A stretch of 34,061 bases of DNA from assembly GCA_937884235.1 (NCBI GenBank), contig CALGBT010000815.1, positions 1 through 34,061 of the forward strand, written 5' to 3'. The position numbers and the translations under genes are program-made. Numbering within the stretch: the first letter of the stretch is position 1; each line of letters opens with the position of its first letter. Source of the stretch: an uncultured Pseudomonadota bacterium (lineage in GTDB: Bacteria > Myxococcota_A > UBA9042 > CAIXZC01). Below, piece by piece: positions 25,246 through 31,297 of this stretch. The notes below the pieces were generated by a model. That model saw nothing but the letters and a program-made list of their open reading frames with translations. It was not told where the DNA came from and did no database searches.

Positions 25246-26172
25246 TCAGGCCAACTGACCCTGGCAACTTCGTCGCGTCGCAAACTCACGCCGGATCTCC
25301 GCCAGAAAAGCGCTCTTGTCCAATTTGCCGTCGGTGTCAATCAGCCAATCCGGGGCCAATGTGCAACCCAGGAGCCCGTCACTCACCATGCGCTCCACGA
25401 CGATGTTCGGATGGACTCGTTCAAGTACATCGACAACGCCTTTGACATACTCGGCCATGGTCAGCAAAGGCACCTCGCCGCGCCGCCAGCTATCCGCCAG
25501 CACAGTCCCTTCCACAACATAGAGCATGTGCAGTTTGATTGCATCGATACTGGCGGCCGAGAGACCCCTTGCCGTATTCAGCCAATCCTCACGGCTCTCA
25601 CCGGGCAGACCAAGAATCTGATGCGCGCAGACAAACAGGCCCCTCTCCTTGCAGGCCCCAATAGCTGCCAGAGAAGCCTCCGCCCGGTGCCCTCGACCGA
25701 TGGCTGCCACCGTCTCTTCCCGCAGGCTCTGCACTCCGATTTCCACCGAAACCCAGGTACGATGCGAGAATTCTTCCAACAGTTCCAACACTGCTTCCGG
25801 CAAGCAATCGGGACGGGTACTGACGGAGAGCCCAACCACACCAGGCTGAGCCAGCGCCTCTTCATAGAGGGGTCGCAGAACCTCCACGGACGCGTAGGTG
25901 GAAGAGAACGATTGGAAGTAGGCGACATACTGTTCGTGACGCGGACTACCCGCCCGGTCAGCCCGGAAACGAGCCATCTGCGCCGCCGGACTCCCCAACT
26001 CACGCAGACGTCCGGTCCCCCCCTCAGCGTCGCAGTAGACGCATCCCCGCCACGCCAAAGAACCATCGCGATTGGGACAGGTGAACCCACCATCAATGGG
26101 CAACTTCCGGACCAACCCCCCAAAGCGTTCCTTCAAGTAGCTGGCAAATGATCGATAGGGTACTTCCCGCAT
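25246..26172 (-). CDS. TIGR01212-family radical SAM protein (YhcC-like)
   Basis: YRSFASYLKERFGGLVRKLPIDGGFTCPNRDGSLAWRGCVYC is the characteristic N-terminus and Cys cluster of this family. I prefer ATG 26172 to the upstream ATG at 26214. Confidence 0.85.
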   Translation of the reverse strand: MREVPYRSFASYLKERFGGLVRKLPIDGGFTCPNRDGSLAWRGCVYCDAEGGTGRLRELGSPAAQMARFRADRAGSPRHEQYVAYFQSFSSTYASVEVLRPLYEEALAQPGVVGLSVSTRPDCLPEAVLELLEEFSHRTWVSVEIGVQSLREETVAAIGRGHRAEASLAAIGACKERGLFVCAHQILGLPGESREDWLNTARGLSAASIDAIKLHMLYVVEGTVLADSWRRGEVPLLTMAEYVKGVVDVLERVHPNIVVERMVSDGLLGCTLAPDWLIDTDGKLDKSAFLAEIRREFATRRSCQGQLA

Positions 26173-26398
26173 CCTCGAGCCTCCACCCCATCCATACCGC
26201 CATGCGCACCTCACATCAAGGCGGAATGTCCCGAATCCGCTCCGGGCCAGTACTCACCGGCTAGGTAGATCTACTCACTGCAGCAATGCCGTCGCTCTGC
26301 TAGAGTACGGACAGGACGCTGGGGCCTTCGCGGTTGGCCGTTACGAGCGGCAACCGTAAGGGAGCGGGGACCGCCTTTGCGATGTTTCTAGAGGAATC

Positions 26399-28597
26399 AT
26401 GAACTTCATCAAATCTGCCTCGTTGAGCATACTGCTGCTAGTCGCCACCATTGTCTGGGCAGAGGAAGCGCCCAGGCAAGACCCACCGGCCGAAACCTCA
26501 AACGATGTCGAGTTGGGGGCCGTGACTGTAACTGTCGACCGCGGCGAGCGGCGCAAGTTTGAGGTCAGGCGCTCCGTAGAGATTCTGGACGAGGACGGCA
26601 TTGCCCAGCGCCAGCCAAAGAGCGTCCCTGACCTCCTCGACGAGACTCCGGGGGTGATGGTTCAGAAGACCAATGCGGGGGCCGGTGCCCCCGTGCTGCG
26701 CGGCCTCGTCGGGCCGGACAATCTGATTCTCATGGACGGCATCAGGATCTCTAACAGCACCTACCGGACGGGCCCCAACCAGTACCTGGCGATGATCGAC
26801 CCATGGTCGCTGCGGGCCTTTGAACTGCTGCGCGGCCCTGGGTCTGTGCTCTATGGATCCGATGCCATGGGCGGGGTGCTCCATGCCATCACCAAGGATC
26901 CGCGCCGGCTTTCAGAGAGGGCGTGGGGACTGAGTGGACGCCTCTCCTTTGCCTCGGCTTACCCGGGGCTGGGTGGCTCAATCCAGGGAGATTTCCGTGA
27001 CGGGGACTACGCCGGCTATCTTGGCGCCACCTTCGATCACTTCGGCGAAGTCAGAGCCGGCGGCAACATCATCCAACCACTGAGCAGCTACCAGCGCGCG
27101 GCCGTGCGCCACAAGTCGGTAGTGGAACTCGCCCCCGGCTATCAACTCACCGCGGCAGTATTCGAAACCAGCATTCGCAACGCCGGCCGCGCCGACCAGC
27201 TCAACCTCGGCAAGCACAGCACCTACGACAACGACGACCTGCTCGCATATGTACGACTGGACCGCATCGGGGAAGGTTGGCAGCACCGCTTCCGGGTCAA
27301 CCTCAGCTACCATCTCACCAACGAGTTGGAGAGCGGAGTCCGCTGCGCCAGGACCGGCGACGTGGTCGCTGACCGGGCGGCTTGCCTCGCTGCGCAGCCG
27401 GACCAGCTCACGAGGCGGACCGAAATGCAGGACACGGTCCACACTCCGGGCCTTTTCGCCACCCTCGAATCCCGCTCCTGGGACAACCGCATGCGCACCA
27501 TCGTCGGGGCCGAAGGATACTTCGACTATGTCGACTCCTCGGCCCGGGTGGCGAAACCGGATGGGTGGGATTGGCAGGACGGTGAGCGCGGCCACTTCTC
27601 AGCAGGCTCGACCTATGCCTCCCTGGGCACCTTTCTGCGGGGCGAGCTCGACCTCATCAAGTCCGACAAATCCACGGTCACTGCCGATGCCGGCACCCGC
27701 CTCTCCTACTTCGCCGCGCATGCCCCTGACGTGCCGGGCCTGGGCAACGTGGATTACTCCCACGCAGGGCTCATCGGGTCCGCGGGAATTGGCTATCAGT
27801 ACGCTCAGCTGCTCCATCTCTACGCCGACTTCTCCCAGGGCTTCCGGGCAGCTAACCTGCAGGAGACCACGGAGATGGGCGACACGGGAATCTTCTTCGA
27901 GGTCCCCAACGATGGTCTCCGGCCGATTCGCTCCGATACCCTGGAGTTGGGCATGAAGCTCAACGCCCCCCACTTTCACCTGGGTATCTCCGGCTGGTAC
28001 AGCAAGTTGACTGACCTCTATGGGCGCGAGGTACTCACCGTGGCTGAGATCGCCGATCTTGGCCTTGACGAGGGCCTACTCTCCGGGCAGACAGTGGTGC
28101 GACGCATCAACCATGCTTCAGGGGACTACCGGGGCGTCGACCTCACCCTTGAGTCGCGCAGATTCAGCGGTTTCTCGGCGTACGGAGCCGTCTCCTGGAT
28201 CGATGGCAACGTCGAGGATGAGCCGGGCAGGTTCGTCAGCCCTCGCCGCCTGCCACCCGTGGCCGGGAGCGCCGGCCTGCGCTACGAAACGCCAGGCGGT
28301 GACATCTACGGCGAGTTCTTCATCCGCTGGGCGGCAGCCCAGAGCAACCTCAATCCCGAAGACGAGGCCGACTATCGAATCTGCGAAGACCCTGACCGTC
28401 CGGGGCAGTTGCTGGACGATTGTCAAGGAACCCCTGGTTGGGCGACCCTGAATTGGCGAGCCGGCCTGCTCGTCACCCCCAATCTCGCCCTTGACTTGCG
28501 GATTGAGAATCTTGGCGACACCCACTACCGGGTCCATGGCAGCGGCATCGATGCGCCGGGTTTCAATGGCATGGTTGAACTGCGCGGGACCTACTGA
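26399..28597 (+). CDS. TonB-dependent outer-membrane receptor
   Basis: There is a signal peptide. The plug domain shows ILDEDGIAQRQPKSVPDLLDETPGVMV...APVLRGL...LMDGIRI...LRGPGSVLYGSDAMGGVLHAITK. A long beta-barrel ends with an aromatic residue (LRGTY). The substrate is not inferable. Confidence 0.9.
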   Translation: MNFIKSASLSILLLVATIVWAEEAPRQDPPAETSNDVELGAVTVTVDRGERRKFEVRRSVEILDEDGIAQRQPKSVPDLLDETPGVMVQKTNAGAGAPVLRGLVGPDNLILMDGIRISNSTYRTGPNQYLAMIDPWSLRAFELLRGPGSVLYGSDAMGGVLHAITKDPRRLSERAWGLSGRLSFASAYPGLGGSIQGDFRDGDYAGYLGATFDHFGEVRAGGNIIQPLSSYQRAAVRHKSVVELAPGYQLTAAVFETSIRNAGRADQLNLGKHSTYDNDDLLAYVRLDRIGEGWQHRFRVNLSYHLTNELESGVRCARTGDVVADRAACLAAQPDQLTRRTEMQDTVHTPGLFATLESRSWDNRMRTIVGAEGYFDYVDSSARVAKPDGWDWQDGERGHFSAGSTYASLGTFLRGELDLIKSDKSTVTADAGTRLSYFAAHAPDVPGLGNVDYSHAGLIGSAGIGYQYAQLLHLYADFSQGFRAANLQETTEMGDTGIFFEVPNDGLRPIRSDTLELGMKLNAPHFHLGISGWYSKLTDLYGREVLTVAEIADLGLDEGLLSGQTVVRRINHASGDYRGVDLTLESRRFSGFSAYGAVSWIDGNVEDEPGRFVSPRRLPPVAGSAGLRYETPGGDIYGEFFIRWAAAQSNLNPEDEADYRICEDPDRPGQLLDDCQGTPGWATLNWRAGLLVTPNLALDLRIENLGDTHYRVHGSGIDAPGFNGMVELRGTY

Positions 28598-29616
28598 GTC
28601 ACCTCCCTCAGGGGCAGCCGGGCCATAATTGTCTCGGCCACCTGCTGGGGATTGTCATCATATCGCACCGTCAGCACAGGTATTGCGCGAGTCTGCAGCG
28701 CGGCGGCAGCCTCGGCGTTCTGCTTCTGGGCTTCATCGAAGGCAGCCGTACCCATGTATGGGCTGTAGAATTCCCCGGGTCCGGGACGGCGCGGCACGGC
28801 GCGGCTGGCAGCCAGTGCCGGCTCGGATTCAACCAGCACCACGAGGTCAGGCTCCAGCAGAAAGCCATCCACCGCGTCAAGGAGCGTGGTATCGCTGAGC
28901 TGCTCCAAATGCTGATAAGCCACCGAGGCAAGCGCGTAAAAACGCGTTACCACCACGGCCCCCCGCTGCAACGCAGGACGAATCTGCTGCTCCTGCCGGC
29001 TGAGCCGCTCGCAGGCGTAGAGCAGGGTCCGCTCAAAGGCATGGACTGGGTCAGGAGCGATGGTCTGGAAGCGTTCGACCATGAACTTCCAGAGCTCCGA
29101 TTCGAAATCGTAGCCGCTAGCCACCCCAGCCTTCCCGGAAGCACTGAGGTCGGCCATCAAAGAATCCCCGATGGCATCGAGGACGACACCATCAATGCCC
29201 TCGAGTGACACCAGACAACCGGTGCGAACCGCCAGCCGCTTCCAGGTCTGCAGCAGGCTGATACCGGCGTGTCCTGACAGGGTGCGCCCCAGCTGCAGCA
29301 CCGCGGTCCGATCCCGGCTGGTAAGCATCTCGTAAAGGCTCTCCCACTCCCGACGACCGGGTTCCAGGACCCGCTGGGGGCCCTTAGGCAGGAAGGCCTC
29401 TACCTGGCGCCCCAGGGCGGCACCCAGCTTGCACAACAGGGCGGCGCTGAAAGAGTACCGGCCACTTTCGAGGGACTTGAGGTGAGGGGCGCTGATACCC
29501 AGCTTCTGGGACAACTCCTCCAGGTTCATTTGGGCATCGAGGCGAAAGGCCTGGGCCCGAGCGCCGATGAAAGCGTTGAGTTCCTGGTCTTCGTCAGTCT
29601 TGCGCGTCCTGGGCAT
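28591..29616 (-). CDS. XRE-family HTH regulator fused to a thymidylate-kinase-like domain with degenerate P-loop
   Basis: The N-terminal HTH is MNLEELSQKLGISAPHLKSLESGRYSFS. The C-terminal ~210 aa are colinear with Tmk motifs. VSLEGIDGVVLDA stands in for IxxEGxDGxGKTT. VVVTRFYALASVAYQ stands in for DR[YH]xxSxxAYQ. PDLVVLVESEP stands in for PDLxxxLDVxP. Confidence 0.7.
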   Translation of the reverse strand: MPRTRKTDEDQELNAFIGARAQAFRLDAQMNLEELSQKLGISAPHLKSLESGRYSFSAALLCKLGAALGRQVEAFLPKGPQRVLEPGRREWESLYEMLTSRDRTAVLQLGRTLSGHAGISLLQTWKRLAVRTGCLVSLEGIDGVVLDAIGDSLMADLSASGKAGVASGYDFESELWKFMVERFQTIAPDPVHAFERTLLYACERLSRQEQQIRPALQRGAVVVTRFYALASVAYQHLEQLSDTTLLDAVDGFLLEPDLVVLVESEPALAASRAVPRRPGPGEFYSPYMGTAAFDEAQKQNAEAAAALQTRAIPVLTVRYDDNPQQVAETIMARLPLREVTQ

Positions 29617-29623
29617 TATTCCC

Positions 29624-31198
29624 CTAGTGAAGATCCTGTGTTCTGAACATCAACTCCTGGGCAAAGCGAAGACGCTCCAGTTGGTCAAGAAAGAACTGCT
29701 CCCAGGCACCGTTGCCGGCATACCACATCCCCCCCGGCTTGTCCGCAGTCAACTGGCGATAGAAGAAGAAGGAGTCATAGCTGATGCCGTACTCACCCCC
29801 CAATCCGTTGACACTAACCTCTGCAAAGGGGTTGCCCGTACAATCCAGGCCCGGATGGGCTGTGGGGAGGTAGTAGCGGTCTTCAGGCATCTTCGCCAGA
29901 GCCTCAGCAAGATGCTTGGGCTCGGCGGGCAAGGACTGGCTGGAGAAGCCGTAGAAGATGGCGCTGCCAGGTCCGTAGGACGGGGTCACCGAGTAGATCT
30001 GCCCCTGAGTTGTCGGATAGAACTTGTCCAGCTGGCCAGCTACATTCCATCCACCCTTGGCCGCGTGGGCCGCACCCATATGTGCATAGAGCAACGTCTC
30101 GTCATCCGGAATCGCTTGCTGGAACGTCCAGATCAGAATCTGCTCCCGCTCCATCATCATCTGCATCAGGTAGCTCTGGTCCCCGCCGCCCAAAGAGCCC
30201 ATCATGAAATCCTGGGAGACGAAGACCGCCCCCATCCAGAGGGAGTAGGCCAGGTACTCTACCTCTTCGCAGCTAGCCTCATCGGAGAGCGCGGCGCAGA
30301 TGGCCTCAATGTGGTCCAGCACCATCTTGTAGTAATCCTCGGCATCTTCCACGTATGCCGTCTCGAGGCCCATCATGCCGTAGCTCTGGATCTCTCGGGG
30401 GGCCGGCAGAGTATCAAGCAGCAACCCCACCGCGACATCATCGGTCATCTCGGCGGCAATAGCCGTCAACTGCTCATTGACCCAGGCCAGCCGCTGGGGC
30501 ACGTCTACCCCCACAACATCGAGGTCGTAGCCCTCCAGGACCAGCTCATGAGCTCGCTCCGGAAGCAGCCGGCGGAACATGTTCTCGCCATACATATCGG
30601 CCCCGATAGCCTGCATCGCCGCAGGATTTCCCGTGGCCAGAAAGTCCTGCAAGTCCGCAGTAGTATCCATGCCGATCTCCAGGGCCAGAACCCGCACCCC
30701 ATGGTACCGCACCAGATACTCAAAGAGGTCAGCGCTGGCTAGTCCGATCTCATTTGAACCGTGGACTTCGCCCATGAAGAAGGCCTGATGCCCCTCGAAC
30801 TCCTTGCCAAGAATCGAGAAGTCCCAGCCGTCAGCACCAGCCGCCGCACAACGCAACGGAAAGGCGTTGTTCTGCGCAAAAGTGGAAATTTCGTTGCTAG
30901 AAGTCGGTGCTGCTGTCACCGCCCCGCAAACCGCCAGTTCGGGTTGGTCGCAGAGACTGCTGGGAATCGTCACTTCGGGCTCTTCCACCAGATCCTCAAA
31001 GGGAACGACGTCCTCCCCCGCGACCTCGCCAACATTGGCGAGGTCCGCCTCCACGTAGACGTCCTGACCAAAGAGATCCGGCGCAGCCTCAACATCGTTC
31101 GTAACCTTGGAATCGCTACTGGACGAACAGCCCGCACCAAGCAGAAGAAGCGTTACCAGGAGAGAGAGGAAGTATGGTCGCAGCAAGGGAATCATCAT
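29624..31198 (-). CDS. erythromycin-esterase/ChaN/Tiki-superfamily-like lipoprotein
   Basis: Lipobox LLLGAGC-SS followed by an acidic linker. AFFMGEVHGSNEIGLASADLFEYLVRYHGVRVLALEIG resembles the GExTHGxxEF...ALE opening of erythromycin esterase-like proteins. LLYAHMGAAHAAKG resembles the second His motif. The start is ambiguous (ATG 31198 preferred, ATG 31258 possible). Confidence 0.5.
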   Translation of the reverse strand: MMIPLLRPYFLSLLVTLLLLGAGCSSSSDSKVTNDVEAAPDLFGQDVYVEADLANVGEVAGEDVVPFEDLVEEPEVTIPSSLCDQPELAVCGAVTAAPTSSNEISTFAQNNAFPLRCAAAGADGWDFSILGKEFEGHQAFFMGEVHGSNEIGLASADLFEYLVRYHGVRVLALEIGMDTTADLQDFLATGNPAAMQAIGADMYGENMFRRLLPERAHELVLEGYDLDVVGVDVPQRLAWVNEQLTAIAAEMTDDVAVGLLLDTLPAPREIQSYGMMGLETAYVEDAEDYYKMVLDHIEAICAALSDEASCEEVEYLAYSLWMGAVFVSQDFMMGSLGGGDQSYLMQMMMEREQILIWTFQQAIPDDETLLYAHMGAAHAAKGGWNVAGQLDKFYPTTQGQIYSVTPSYGPGSAIFYGFSSQSLPAEPKHLAEALAKMPEDRYYLPTAHPGLDCTGNPFAEVSVNGLGGEYGISYDSFFFYRQLTADKPGGMWYAGNGAWEQFFLDQLERLRFAQELMFRTQDLH

Positions 31199-31297
31199 GC
31201 ACCTCGTGGCATCGGGAACGGTCCGGCGACCACCTGTCGCGGTGAGCATCATACTCATTTGAGGTGATTATTCAATCGGTGGGACGCAGACTCGGAC

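Noticed and set aside
26173-26398. Possible cobalamin riboswitch upstream of the TonB-dependent receptor (GCGGCAACCGTAAGGGAGCGGGGACCGCC vaguely recalls the CCCGCAAC.GTAA and B12-box segments). A 10-bp palindrome GTAGATCTAC also lies at 26265-26274.
   Set aside because: The upstream conserved core (GGGAA...GGTG.AA.CC) is absent and the B12-box match is poor. Without a covariance-model scan I cannot support it. The palindrome alone is too short to call an operator. No Fur-box-like AT-rich element is present either.
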